This document shows positions 42,361 through 52,508 of a DNA stretch of 64,000 nt, piece after piece. The stretch spans positions 224,001 through 288,000 of the forward strand of contig CAVOUE010000005.1 of the NCBI GenBank assembly GCA_963699545.1, written 5' to 3'. The notes under the pieces are model-generated. The model saw only the letters and a program-made list of their open reading frames with translations, searched no databases and was not told the DNA's origin. Positions within the stretch are counted from its first letter, which is position 1; every line of letters starts with the position of its first letter. The stretch is from Nitrospirota bacterium (GTDB lineage: Bacteria; Nitrospirota; Thermodesulfovibrionia; Thermodesulfovibrionales; UBA9159). The position numbers and the translations under genes are program-made.

Positions 42361-43030
42361 TCATCCCCTCCGAACCCACGAAAGCCCCGGGTTCACCACA
42401 AACGCATCATCAAGTTCATACCCCGATATCTTCACCACCCTCCCCTCGACGCCGAGTCTCCCCTTCGGAGAAAAGCCGTATGGCCTCCGGGAATATCCTG
42501 TGCTCCAGCTTCAGTATCCTTTCGGAAAGGCTCTCTTCGGTATCGTTCGGGGAGACCGGCACTGCCGCCTGGATGATCACCGGCCCGGTATCCATCCCTT
42601 CATCGACAAAATGCACGGTGCATCCGCTGATCCTTACCCCGTAATCCACTGCCTGTTTCTGGCCGTGAAGACCCGGGAAGGCCGGCAGAAGCGCGGGATG
42701 TATATTCATGATGCGGTTGGGAAAAGCATCGATGAGGGGCTTTCTCACAACACGCATAAATCCCGCCAGAACCACCAGTCCCACGCTGCGCGCTTTGAGT
42801 TCCTCCGTGATCCTGCGAAAAAAATCATCCTTCGTGGTGAAATCCCCGGGATCGAGGCAGAGGTGCTCGATGGAATGTTTTCTTGCCCGCTCCACGGCAA
42901 AGGCCCCTGCATTGTCCACCACCAGAAGTTTCACGACAGCGTTAAGCCTTCCCGCTTCTATTGAGTCGATGATCGCCTGGAAATTCGAACCTCGGCCGGA
43001 AGCAAGAACGCCAAGGGGCAGTCTCTCCAT
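42361..43030 (-). CDS. purN: phosphoribosylglycinamide formyltransferase (one +1 frameshift near 42461)
   Basis: ASGRGSN, LAGFMR, NIHPALLP and HFVDEGMDTG. Removing one G restores EGRLGVEGRVVK and ends next to the rsmD start. Confidence 0.93.
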
Positions 43031-43031
43031 T

Positions 43032-44033
43032 TCACAGCCTCACTTCCACAAAGGCCCGTTCCCTGAGACCCCTGAGCCAGCTCCTGTACTCTTCATTGAA
43101 TTTCTTTTCGAACAGCTTCTTCCTCACGCTCTCCCTGAACTCATCCGCTTTCCCGGCGTCCACCTTTTCTTCGAGCCTTATGATATGGAGTCCCCTTGCC
43201 GTCCAGAAAGGTCTGCTCATGTCACCCACAGACATCGGCGAAAGCACATCGAGGAACTCTTTGCCAAGAAGCTCCTTCTTGATGAACCCGAGGTCGCCGC
43301 CTGCTTTTCCCGTGGGGTCTTCAGAATATTTGAAAGCCGCTGCAGCGAAGTCCTCCCCGCCCTTCACCTTCTGGAACACCTCTTCCGCACGGGCCTCCAC
43401 TGCGCTCCTGTCGGCATCCTTTTCAGGGGCTTTGAAAAGGATCTGCCTTACCCTGTACTCGGTGTCCGCATTCGTTGCCATGTATTGCTTCACTTCTTCA
43501 TCCGTCACCACGACTCTGTTCCTCACCTGCTGACTCACGACCTTGCTCAGAATGATATGCTCCGCGAGGCGCTTCTTGTATTCATCAAAGGTGAACCCTT
43601 CCTTCTTCAGGGATTCCTCAAATTCTTTTTCACCCATAGAGTATTTCTTCTTGATCCCCTCGATGGCGTCGGCGATCTCCTCCTTGCTTGCACCGATGTC
43701 CAGTCTCTTTGCTGCCTGCAACTGCAGTTTCTTGTCGATCATACCTTCGAGGAATGTTGCTTCGCTCTCTTTGAACAGCCTTTTCTTGTCGGCATCGTTC
43801 ATAGACCTCATCTCTCCGCTCACCACCTCGAACTCCATAGCCCTGTAGAGTTCGCTCCACGTGATTACCTCCTTGTTCACCACCGCAACAACCTTGTCAA
43901 GGAGAGGTGAGGCGTATATGCTTCCTGTAAAAAGGACACACACAATAAGGACAGCCGCGAAAATATGAGAGAACCTCCGGACACCACAACCGCTACTTCC
44001 AGACACCATTCGCAACCTCCTGTCAGCGATCAC
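43032..44033 (-). CDS. SurA-like parvulin peptidyl-prolyl isomerase
   Basis: DKVVAVVNKEVIT SurA N-domain, AFKYSED, GGDLG and GLHII. Start codon uncertain. Confidence 0.85.
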   Translation of the reverse strand: MIADRRLRMVSGSSGCGVRRFSHIFAAVLIVCVLFTGSIYASPLLDKVVAVVNKEVITWSELYRAMEFEVVSGEMRSMNDADKKRLFKESEATFLEGMIDKKLQLQAAKRLDIGASKEEIADAIEGIKKKYSMGEKEFEESLKKEGFTFDEYKKRLAEHIILSKVVSQQVRNRVVVTDEEVKQYMATNADTEYRVRQILFKAPEKDADRSAVEARAEEVFQKVKGGEDFAAAAFKYSEDPTGKAGGDLGFIKKELLGKEFLDVLSPMSVGDMSRPFWTARGLHIIRLEEKVDAGKADEFRESVRKKLFEKKFNEEYRSWLRGLRERAFVEVRL

Positions 44034-44153
44034 CTGATCAATATAGCAGCTTTAAACCTATATCAAGTAAGAACAAAATTTCAATAGCAATCTCGACGGC
44101 TGACATTTCGCGGTCATCTTGCCTTTTCCCGGCATGCCGCTTAAACTATCTCC

Positions 44154-44408
44154 GTGAAACTGATCCCTGCAGTGATATGCATCGTCATCGTCTTTCTGTC
44201 CGGATTGCTCTTTCTCAAGGGAAGAAGCGCTTCCGGAAAGACAGGTTTTCCCGGCGCACCGCCAGGACAGATGAGAAAGACAGCGCTCTTCATAGCCGCC
44301 ACAGCGCTGCTGGCGCTCTTCGGCGTTCTTTTCATGTTCCTCGGAAAGATCGCTCTTCTCATCGCTTTGCTCGTCCTCGGCTTTTTTTTCCTCTCCCGCA
44401 AGAAATAA
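44154..44408 (+). CDS. small hypothetical membrane protein
   Basis: 84 aa with three hydrophobic segments, filling the gap between surA and hypE. Confidence 0.55.
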   Translation: MKLIPAVICIVIVFLSGLLFLKGRSASGKTGFPGAPPGQMRKTALFIAATALLALFGVLFMFLGKIALLIALLVLGFFFLSRKK

Positions 44409-44422
44409 CGTGGACTCCCCAA

Positions 44423-45493
44423 TCAGCATATTCTCGGCAACTGCTCTCCCTGGAGCATATCTACAATGCGGGTACCCCCGATCGATGTTTCGAGAAGCAC
44501 CATGCCTTCGGGGGACTCCAGCACCTCGCCGATGATCCCCGCCTTGACCCCTGCCGGGTGTTCCTTCATCACCCCCAGGAGATCATCAGCAGCACGGGGA
44601 GCCACGATCGCAAGAAGCGCTCCCTCATTGGCCACATAGAGCGGATCAAGACCGAGAAGATCGCATGCCCCCCTCACCTGCGGCGCAACGGGAATAGCGT
44701 CCTCCCTGATCCTCATACACTTTCCTGACTCCACGGCGGCTTCCTTGAGCGTCGTCGCAAGCCCTCCCCTTGTGGGGTCCCTCATGAAATGAATATCCCT
44801 CGTGACGCCAAGCATCGCCCTGACAAGACCGTTCAGCGGCGAGGTATCGCTGACGATCGGCGGATCAAAGGTTATCCCGTTCCTTTCGGACATCACGGCC
44901 ATCCCGTGACTTCCCATCTCGCCGCTGATGAGCACTTTGTCGCCTTTCTTGATTTTTGCGGCCGCTATTTCCACCCCTTCAAAGAGGATGCCGATCCCCG
45001 AGGTGTTGATGAATATCCCGTCACCCTTCCCCTTGTTTACCACCTTGGTGTCACCGGCAACGATCTTCACCCCCGCAACCTCAGCCGCCCTGGACATCGA
45101 TGACACGATAGTCCTGAGATCCTCAAAGAGAAAACCCTCCTCGATAATGAACCCCGCAGTAAGGAAAAGAGGAACAGCGCCGGACACCGCAAGGTCGTTC
45201 ACGGTTCCGTAGACTGCCAGATCTCCTATGTTGCCGCCCGGGAAAAACAGGGGAGACACCACATAGGAATCGGTCGTGAACGCCAGCCTGAAAAGTTCCG
45301 GGCTCAGAGTGCGGAGTTCTGAGACCGTATGAAGTTCACGGTTGAGCTCAAGACCCCGGACCAATAACTCTGAACTGTTGATAATGGCAGAGTCCCCGAA
45401 TCCCTCCATCTTAAAGGCAGGCCCGAAATGCTCTGAGATGAGCTCATGCATCAACCTGCCGCCGCTGCCATGCCCGAGGAGTATCCTATCCAC
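44423..45493 (-). CDS. hypE: hydrogenase maturation protein HypE
   Basis: HGSGG, FTTDS, GTVNDLA, GDTKV, RDPTRGG and C-terminal PRIC. Confidence 0.96.
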   Translation of the reverse strand: MDRILLGHGSGGRLMHELISEHFGPAFKMEGFGDSAIINSSELLVRGLELNRELHTVSELRTLSPELFRLAFTTDSYVVSPLFFPGGNIGDLAVYGTVNDLAVSGAVPLFLTAGFIIEEGFLFEDLRTIVSSMSRAAEVAGVKIVAGDTKVVNKGKGDGIFINTSGIGILFEGVEIAAAKIKKGDKVLISGEMGSHGMAVMSERNGITFDPPIVSDTSPLNGLVRAMLGVTRDIHFMRDPTRGGLATTLKEAAVESGKCMRIREDAIPVAPQVRGACDLLGLDPLYVANEGALLAIVAPRAADDLLGVMKEHPAGVKAGIIGEVLESPEGMVLLETSIGGTRIVDMLQGEQLPRIC

Positions 45494-46550
45494 GGTATGC
45501 TCCGTACCGGTAATACGCTGCGCAGCTTCCCTCGGCGCTCACCATGCACGCGCCCACAGGGCTCTCCGGAGTGCACCCTGTGCCGAACATCGGGCACTCC
45601 GGCGGGATCTTCACTCCCCTCAGGACATCGCCGCAGGAGCACTCCGCAGGCTCAGGATAATCGGGTACGTCCGGAGCGAACTTCTTCAGGGCATCGAACC
45701 TGCTGAATCTCTCTCTGAGCCTGAGGCCGCTTCCGGGGATCGTCCCTATCCCACGCCAGTACGCATCGGCGGGTTCAAAGACCTCTTCAATGAAGGAGAC
45801 GGCCCTCGTGTTGCCTTCTTCGCGCACCACCTTTGTATATTGAATCTCGATGGCTGCTCTCTTCTGGGCGATCTGCATGAGTATCATAAGGATGCCCTCG
45901 ATGATATCCCCTGCGTCAAAACCGGTGATCACCCCGGGTTTTCCGTATTCCGATGCCATGAACTCATACGGCCTCATGCCGATGATGGTGCTCACGTGCC
46001 CCGGGAGTATGAATCCGTCCACCTGGACATCAGGGGAACCGAGCAGCGCCTTGAGCGCCGGCGGCACCAGCTTGTGCACGGTATAGATAGAAAAATTTCG
46101 CACGCCTCTTTTTTCCGCCTCCGCAACCGTGGCCGCGATGAGGGGAGATGTGGTCTCAAAGCCCGTAGCGAAGAAGACCACTTCCCTTTCCGGAGCCTCC
46201 ACCGCAAGCTTCACGGAATCCATGGGGGAATAGAAGATCCTGACATCGGCGCCCTGGGACCGTGCATCATTAAGAGACCCTTTCCCCCCGGGGACCCTCA
46301 TCATGTCCCCGAAGGTTGCGAGCGTGACACGGGGAATCCTGGATATGGCGATGGCGGAGTCAACATCCTTAACGGAGGTGACACAGACGGGACATCCCGG
46401 TCCGCTGATGAGACTGATGTTTGCAGGGATCACATCCCTGATGCCGTGTCTGAAGATGGCAACGGTATGTGTGCCGCAGACCTCCATAAGCTTCAGCGGC
46501 CTTCCCACTCTCTTTGTCAGCTTCCCTAATTCCTCAAGCATCTCTTTCAT
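45486..46550 (-). CDS. hypD: hydrogenase maturation protein HypD
   Basis: MEVCGTH, GPGCPVC, GFETT, PGHVS and CMVSAEGSC. Confidence 0.96.
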   Translation of the reverse strand: MKEMLEELGKLTKRVGRPLKLMEVCGTHTVAIFRHGIRDVIPANISLISGPGCPVCVTSVKDVDSAIAISRIPRVTLATFGDMMRVPGGKGSLNDARSQGADVRIFYSPMDSVKLAVEAPEREVVFFATGFETTSPLIAATVAEAEKRGVRNFSIYTVHKLVPPALKALLGSPDVQVDGFILPGHVSTIIGMRPYEFMASEYGKPGVITGFDAGDIIEGILMILMQIAQKRAAIEIQYTKVVREEGNTRAVSFIEEVFEPADAYWRGIGTIPGSGLRLRERFSRFDALKKFAPDVPDYPEPAECSCGDVLRGVKIPPECPMFGTGCTPESPVGACMVSAEGSCAAYYRYGAYRG

Positions 46551-46553
46551 TCC

Positions 46554-49028
46554 CTACCCCTTATGAGAAGATTCTTTTTTTGCTGTCCTCAGTCTCTCCC
46601 GGCACAGGTACGCCTGCCCCAGAGATATGCCTGCATCATTGCACGGCACTTTCTCGTTCACGTATACATGCAACCCTTCCAGCGTCAGCAACCGCACCGC
46701 CCTTTCAAGGAGATAGAGGTTCTGGAATGTGCCACCGCTCAAGGCAACGTTATCCATCCCATAGGTCTCTGCAATTGCCGTTGCCGTCCGGACGATCACA
46801 CTGGACAGCGTATTATGGAACTTGGTCGCAACTATGCGTCTATCCATGCCCCGAAGGAAATCCTCCGCCATGCCCGTGATGCAATAGGAAAAGTCAACAA
46901 GCATCCCCCTCTTCTCCGCAATGTCCAGTTTTATGTCAACGGGATACTCCTCCTCCATGCCTTCGGTGACGAGGGACTCCAGGGCTATGGCAGCCTCACC
47001 CTCAAAGGTATTCCTGTCACACAGACCGAGGAGGGCAGAGACCGCATCGAAAAGCCTCCCCGCACCAGATGAGAGGGGAGAGAACTCCCTCACAGGAATG
47101 AGTTTCATTATTTTCTCTATCAGGTCCATGCCGTACCTCCCGACAAAGCCGAGGGCCTTCATTGTGTCCAGTGCCCTTTCTCCTTCAGCGTCAGCCATAT
47201 AACTCACTGCGGTCCTCCAGGGCTCCCGTATCGCAGCCTCCCCGCCGGGGAGAGGAATGTATTTGAAGTGCCCCGCCCTTTCAAATCCATAGATGTCCGC
47301 GACCAAGAACTCACCGCCCCAAAGATTTCCGTCCGGGCCGTATCCTGTTCCGTCAAAGGCAACGCCTATCACTTTTCCTGACAGTCCATGCTCCGCCATG
47401 ACAGAACCGATATGGGCATAATGGTGCTGGATGCCGAAGGTCTTTATCTTCCCCTCGCCCTTCGCTCCCTGTTCCAGTGCCCACCGGGTCGAGAGATAGC
47501 CGGGATGGAGGTCATGGGCTATGGCAACGGGCTCCGCCCTGTATACTTTCTTTATGTTTTTCAGGCTCTCCTCGAAGAACGTAAGGGTCTCGTAATTCTC
47601 CATATCCCCGATATGCTGGCTTGGGATCGCAAAGTTCCCCCTTGTGACCGTAAAGGTATTCTTGAGGTCTGCACCGCATCCCATCACATCGGGCCCGTCA
47701 TCGTGCAGCGCGACCGGCTCGGGGGCATACCCCCGTGAACGGCGAATAAAGGAGATTGACGGATCGAGGGAACGGAAATAGGGGGACGCCGAGACAGCAG
47801 ACTTCACCGTGCCTTGAAGTCTTCGCGTCATCGCATTCACCCGCACAACAGAATCATCCACCCTCATAAAGATGTCCCTGTCGTGGAGGAGGACCGCGTC
47901 AACGATACCCTCAAGTTTTTCAACCGCCTCATCATTATCTCTGACTATGGGCTCTTCCGAGAGATTTCCGCTGGTCATCACAAGGGCGTCAAAGTGCGTG
48001 CCCCCTTCTTCACCCTCCTCTGGCAAACGGGGGACTGCGGAGGGTCTATCCGGACCGGGATAGGAGAACAGGAGGTAATGCAGCGGTGTATAGGGGAGCA
48101 TGAAACCGAGATACCGGTTATGGGGAGCCACCGTCTCAGGGAGGGGCGTTTTCAGATCACCCTTTCTCCTGAGTAGAACGATGGGCCGCCTGTTCGACAG
48201 CAAAAGCTGCCGCTCTTCCACCGAAACCTCGCAGTACCTTTCTATCGCCCCGAGGTCAGGGGCCATAAGCCCGAAAGGCTTGTTGCTCTTTCTCTTCCGC
48301 TCCCTTAACCTTCTCACCGCCTCGCTGTCGGACGCGTCACAGGCGATGTGGAAACCGCCGATGCCTTTGACCGCGATGATAGCCCCTTCCTTCAAAAGTC
48401 TTATGGTCGCCGCCACAGGATCCTCTTTTTCAGAAACCCAGAACTTTGAACTTTGTCCGCTGAGGCGGATCAACTGCACGCGGGGGCCGCATTTCGGACA
48501 CGCATCGGGTTGCGCGTGGAACCTCCGGCTTTTCGGGTCATGGTATTCTTCAGTACACTCAGGACACATCGCGAAAGCGGACATGGTGGTGTTCGGCCTG
48601 TCATAGGGCACTGACCTTGTGATGGAGAACCTGGGGCCGCAATGCGTGCAGTTGATAAAGGGGTACAGGTATCTTCTGTCGTCACGGTCAAAGAGTTCCT
48701 TCAGACAGTCATCGCAGACCGATACATCCGGGGAGATGAGCGTAAACGTGCCCTCATCGGTGCTCTCGACGATCCGGAAATCCGCATATCCGCACGCAGG
48801 CAGGGGGGATACGGCAACTTCGTATATCCGCGAAAGGTCCGGCGCCTCGACAGGAAGCCTTGCGATGAAGTCAGAGAGGTTTTCTCCCTCCACATCGATG
48901 CTCACGCCGTCAGAGGTATTGGTCACATATCCCCTCAGGTTCAGGGAATCAGCAAGGGTGTAGACATAAGGCCTGAACCCCACACCCTGGACGATCCCCT
49001 TTACTGTGATCTTTGCCCTTTCAGCCAT
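46554..49028 (-). CDS. hypF: carbamoyltransferase HypF
   Basis: VQGVGFRP, two CxxC zinc fingers, KGIGGFH, TSGN, QHHYAH and DGTGYG. Confidence 0.96.
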   Translation of the reverse strand: MAERAKITVKGIVQGVGFRPYVYTLADSLNLRGYVTNTSDGVSIDVEGENLSDFIARLPVEAPDLSRIYEVAVSPLPACGYADFRIVESTDEGTFTLISPDVSVCDDCLKELFDRDDRRYLYPFINCTHCGPRFSITRSVPYDRPNTTMSAFAMCPECTEEYHDPKSRRFHAQPDACPKCGPRVQLIRLSGQSSKFWVSEKEDPVAATIRLLKEGAIIAVKGIGGFHIACDASDSEAVRRLRERKRKSNKPFGLMAPDLGAIERYCEVSVEERQLLLSNRRPIVLLRRKGDLKTPLPETVAPHNRYLGFMLPYTPLHYLLFSYPGPDRPSAVPRLPEEGEEGGTHFDALVMTSGNLSEEPIVRDNDEAVEKLEGIVDAVLLHDRDIFMRVDDSVVRVNAMTRRLQGTVKSAVSASPYFRSLDPSISFIRRSRGYAPEPVALHDDGPDVMGCGADLKNTFTVTRGNFAIPSQHIGDMENYETLTFFEESLKNIKKVYRAEPVAIAHDLHPGYLSTRWALEQGAKGEGKIKTFGIQHHYAHIGSVMAEHGLSGKVIGVAFDGTGYGPDGNLWGGEFLVADIYGFERAGHFKYIPLPGGEAAIREPWRTAVSYMADAEGERALDTMKALGFVGRYGMDLIEKIMKLIPVREFSPLSSGAGRLFDAVSALLGLCDRNTFEGEAAIALESLVTEGMEEEYPVDIKLDIAEKRGMLVDFSYCITGMAEDFLRGMDRRIVATKFHNTLSSVIVRTATAIAETYGMDNVALSGGTFQNLYLLERAVRLLTLEGLHVYVNEKVPCNDAGISLGQAYLCRERLRTAKKESSHKG

Positions 49029-49651
49029 CCGGTCCATCGGTCGATCCCCTCCCCGGTCTTTCCGGATACCTCGAATATCTTCATGGACGGATTCAGGGAG
49101 AGAGCGTCCCGCTTTATTTTCGCGACATCCACATCAAGGTGCCCGAGCAGATCGATCTTGTTCAGGATCATCACGGATGACTCCTTGAACATCAGAGGGT
49201 ATTTCAGGGGCTTGTCATGACCTTCTGTAACGCTCAGGAGCATGACCTTCACGTCCTCGCCTACTCTGAACTCCGCCGGACAGACAAGGTTCCCCACATT
49301 CTCTATGACAAGGATATCCAGTTCGCTGAGCGGTACATCGGTGAGGACCTCGCTGATCATATTGGCATCGAGATGGCAGGCACCGCCCGTGTTGATCTGC
49401 ACCACCGGAACTCCGGTCCTGTTTATGCGTTCAGCGTCATCCGTGCCGGCGATATCCCCTTCAATGACGCCGATCCTCAATGAGTCCTTCAACCCCAGAA
49501 TGGTCCTTTCAAGGAGCGTCGTCTTGCCCGCTCCCGGCGCCCCCATAAGGTTCACCACATACACGCCCGCCTCCCTGAATTTCCGCGTATTCTCTTCTGC
49601 TATCCTGTCATTCGCCTCCAGTATCCTCGTCACGACCTTGACCTTCATCAA
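49001..49651 (-). CDS. hypB: hydrogenase nickel incorporation GTPase HypB
   Basis: GAPGAGKT, CHLDA, ENVGNLVCP and NKID. Confidence 0.96.
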   Translation of the reverse strand: MMKVKVVTRILEANDRIAEENTRKFREAGVYVVNLMGAPGAGKTTLLERTILGLKDSLRIGVIEGDIAGTDDAERINRTGVPVVQINTGGACHLDANMISEVLTDVPLSELDILVIENVGNLVCPAEFRVGEDVKVMLLSVTEGHDKPLKYPLMFKESSVMILNKIDLLGHLDVDVAKIKRDALSLNPSMKIFEVSGKTGEGIDRWTGWLKGQRSQ

Positions 49652-49992
49652 TTGACCTCCATTTCAACAATGTCCAGCTCATACCCTTTCCGTATCTTGA
49701 ATGAATGTGAGCCGCAAAGGGGGCAGTTCAACACATACGCTTCGTTCACATCGAAATCATTCCTGCAATCGCTGCAGGACCCGCCCACGGGAACCGTCTC
49801 AATGAAGAGCTCGGCCTCCCGGGCGATGGTATCCTGCTTTGCCGCTTCAAATGCAAAAACAATGGCCTCCGGCATTATGCCCGAGGCCATTCCTATCTTT
49901 ATTCTGACCGATTCGATGGAGTTGTAGCCTTCCTCCTTGCAGCGGCTCGTCAATGTGTCAAGGAGGCTGAGAACAATGGACGCCTCATGCAT
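49648..49992 (-). CDS. hypA: hydrogenase nickel incorporation protein HypA
   Basis: MHE start and two CxxC motifs. Confidence 0.95.
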   Translation of the reverse strand: MHEASIVLSLLDTLTSRCKEEGYNSIESVRIKIGMASGIMPEAIVFAFEAAKQDTIAREAELFIETVPVGGSCSDCRNDFDVNEAYVLNCPLCGSHSFKIRKGYELDIVEMEVN

Positions 49993-50312
49993 TACTGCTC
50001 TTTTGCCAGCCTTTCCTTCTCTTTTTCGTAAGCCTCCTTACCGGCGTCCACTGCGGAAGCGATAATGGATTTCTGGTCCTGCACAAAGCCCTTCCCCTTC
50101 TCCACGGCAGCGTTCACCTGTCCCCTGGCCTGTTCGGCATAGTCCTCTGCCTTCGCTTTCACGTCGTCGGCGAGGTCCTTTATCCGTTGCCTGGTCTCCC
50201 TCCCGGATTTCGGGGCCAGCAATAATGCTACGCCCGCTCCCATCAATCCCCCAAGAAGAAATGAAAGGAACACGGAACTCCCGCCGCAACAGCATTCTTC
50301 ATCATGTCTCAT
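49992..50312 (-). CDS. YtxH domain-containing protein
   Basis: FLLGGLMGAGVALLLAPKSGRETR. Confidence 0.88.
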   Translation of the reverse strand: MRHDEECCCGGSSVFLSFLLGGLMGAGVALLLAPKSGRETRQRIKDLADDVKAKAEDYAEQARGQVNAAVEKGKGFVQDQKSIIASAVDAGKEAYEKEKERLAKEQ

Positions 50313-50406
50313 TGTCTGCCTCCCTTCTTGCCTGACGGCAAAAAATACCCTATAGAATGATTACCCGAAAGAGCCGGAATCCAGCAGTTCCCGTCTCCGG
50401 CTATAC

Positions 50407-50793
50407 TTACCTGCTCCTGCTGAAGAGATTCTTTAGAAGTACCTCAAGGGCTGCATTAACGCCCGCCCTCACACCAGAGGCCTTGATCAGGGTAGATGAG
50501 GTCACTCCCCCCACGAGGTCACTCACATGCTTCACGTTCTCACCCACATCCCTTACTGAACCCGAAAGCACCCTGATATCCTCTGTTACCCCGGTAACAT
50601 TGTCCGTTACGCTCCTTAAGCTCTTCAGGGTCAGCTGCAGTTCTTCAAGGGTCGGCTGCAGTGAACACTCCGTGGTTTTCAATAGTTCCCTCATAGATCT
50701 CAGTGCGGCCCGCAGTTCCATCAGGACATAGATCAATACAATGACCGCCGCAACAACGGAAACAGTGATCAGGCCCCAGAATAGACTATTCAT
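50407..50793 (-). CDS. DUF948 (YoxC-like) membrane-anchored coiled-coil protein
   Basis: N-terminal TM followed by heptad repeats. Typical neighbour of YtxH. Confidence 0.75.
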   Translation of the reverse strand: MNSLFWGLITVSVVAAVIVLIYVLMELRAALRSMRELLKTTECSLQPTLEELQLTLKSLRSVTDNVTGVTEDIRVLSGSVRDVGENVKHVSDLVGGVTSSTLIKASGVRAGVNAALEVLLKNLFSRSR

Positions 50794-50906
50794 CTCTCCT
50801 CCTCATAAAAAGTATACCATACCCAGGGAGAACATCGTGCATCCGCATCTATGATGTATTGTATTAGGATTTTTTTGTTATGTAAAGGATTTTTATGGTA
50901 TTTTAG

Positions 50907-52004
50907 ATGACCATGGACGACACGTTCCTGATGAACAGAGCCGTTTCCCTTGCCGCAAGAGCGAGGGGTATGACAAGCCCAAATCCAATGGTGGGTGCGG
51001 TGCTGGTGAAGAACGGAAGGACCATAGCAGAAGATTTTCACAGAAGGCCCGGGACCCCCCATGCAGAGGCGCTTGTTATGCAGAAGGCAGGGGCCAGGGC
51101 AAGGGGAGCAACTCTTTACGTAAGTCTTGAGCCGTGCTGCCATATCGACAAGAGGACCCCACCCTGCACGAAAGCGATCGTGCACGCCGGCATAAAAAAG
51201 GTTGTGATCGCCATGAAAGACCCGAATCCGAAGGTCTCCGGCAAAGGAATAAGAGAACTTCAGGAGGCCGGGATGAAAGTGATTTCCGGGATCCTGGAGG
51301 AAAAGGCCCGAAAACTGAACGAAGCATATATAAAATACATAACGACAAAGAGACCTTTCGTCATGCTGAAAGGCGCTATGACCCTTGACGGAAAGATCGC
51401 CACACCGGAAGGTCAATCAAAGTGGATAACAGGGGAAAAGGCGCGCAAGATGGTCCACAGATTGAGGAGCGGTGTTGACGCTGTCATGACCGCCATCGGT
51501 ACCGTGAAGGCGGATGACCCTGAGCTGACCGCAAGGATCAGGGGCGGGAGGGATCCAAGAAGGATCATTATTGATCCGGAGCTTGAAATACCTCTGAACT
51601 CAAAGGTACTTCGGGTTCCGCCCGACACAATAATAGTGACGAATGAAGAAAATGAAACGGGTGACGTGCCAAGGAAGAGTAAGATTACTAATCTTGTTAA
51701 TTCAGGATGTTACATGTTGTTCTTTAAAGAACAACTTGACCTTTGCTGGCTGATGGAGAGACTGGGGGAAATGGGGATAGCGTCTGTAATGATTGAGGGC
51801 GGCTCCTCATTGAATGCCCATGCACTTGAGGACGGGATCGTGGATAAGGTGATGTTCTTTATCGCTCCAAAGATCATCGGCGGAAGGGAATCATACCCCG
51901 TGGTGGGAGGCCGCACATCCAGGAGACTGGAAGAGGCATACCAGCTCCGGAATGTCACCATGAAACGACTCGGTGAGGATCTTCTGGTGGAAGGATACTT
52001 GTAG
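50907..52004 (+). CDS. ribD: riboflavin biosynthesis deaminase/reductase RibD
   Basis: PNPMVG, HAE, LEPCCH..TPPC, TLDGKIA and EGG. Confidence 0.96.
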   Translation: MTMDDTFLMNRAVSLAARARGMTSPNPMVGAVLVKNGRTIAEDFHRRPGTPHAEALVMQKAGARARGATLYVSLEPCCHIDKRTPPCTKAIVHAGIKKVVIAMKDPNPKVSGKGIRELQEAGMKVISGILEEKARKLNEAYIKYITTKRPFVMLKGAMTLDGKIATPEGQSKWITGEKARKMVHRLRSGVDAVMTAIGTVKADDPELTARIRGGRDPRRIIIDPELEIPLNSKVLRVPPDTIIVTNEENETGDVPRKSKITNLVNSGCYMLFFKEQLDLCWLMERLGEMGIASVMIEGGSSLNAHALEDGIVDKVMFFIAPKIIGGRESYPVVGGRTSRRLEEAYQLRNVTMKRLGEDLLVEGYL

Positions 52005-52043
52005 TTCCCCTTGAATTACGGACTGCAACAGCAAAGAGACATA

Positions 52044-52508
52044 TCAGGAAATTGAACGATCTTCCTGCCGCCATCGAAGAAGTTCGCCAAGATACGGATG
52101 GCTCACAATTATCCACATGAGAAACGGCAACAGCCATTTGACGCAGAGATACATCTCATAGGCGGGTGAGTCCTCATTTGACTGTGGTTGTCCTGCCGGA
52201 TAAATCACATACTGGATAAACAGCCAGTCGGTGAGAAAGAACGCCATAAGGCCTATACCAATAACAGCTGTCTTTTTCCTGCCGGAGATCCCTGGTGTCG
52301 CAAGCATAAGGGCAATGAATGCGGTTATCGTCATCGAGGAGCCGTAGAGAAAATATTCTATACCGGGTGGAACGTGATACTTTGAGTTCAGCAGGTCCAT
52401 CCCCTGCCCAAGTAACGCTGCATACCCGTGCAGCAGTTGATGCCCGAAAACAAACAGGATGAGGGAATATCCCAGGAATTTAAGAAGGAAGAGATATCCT
52501 GGTTTCAC
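52044..52508 (-). CDS. exosortase-associated membrane protein (XrtH-companion-like)
   Basis: Multi-TM with FIALMLATP...LPFLMW pattern. Overlaps the exosortase gene end and lacks an evident catalytic triad. Confidence 0.6.
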   Translation of the reverse strand: MKPGYLFLLKFLGYSLILFVFGHQLLHGYAALLGQGMDLLNSKYHVPPGIEYFLYGSSMTITAFIALMLATPGISGRKKTAVIGIGLMAFFLTDWLFIQYVIYPAGQPQSNEDSPAYEMYLCVKWLLPFLMWIIVSHPYLGELLRWRQEDRSIS

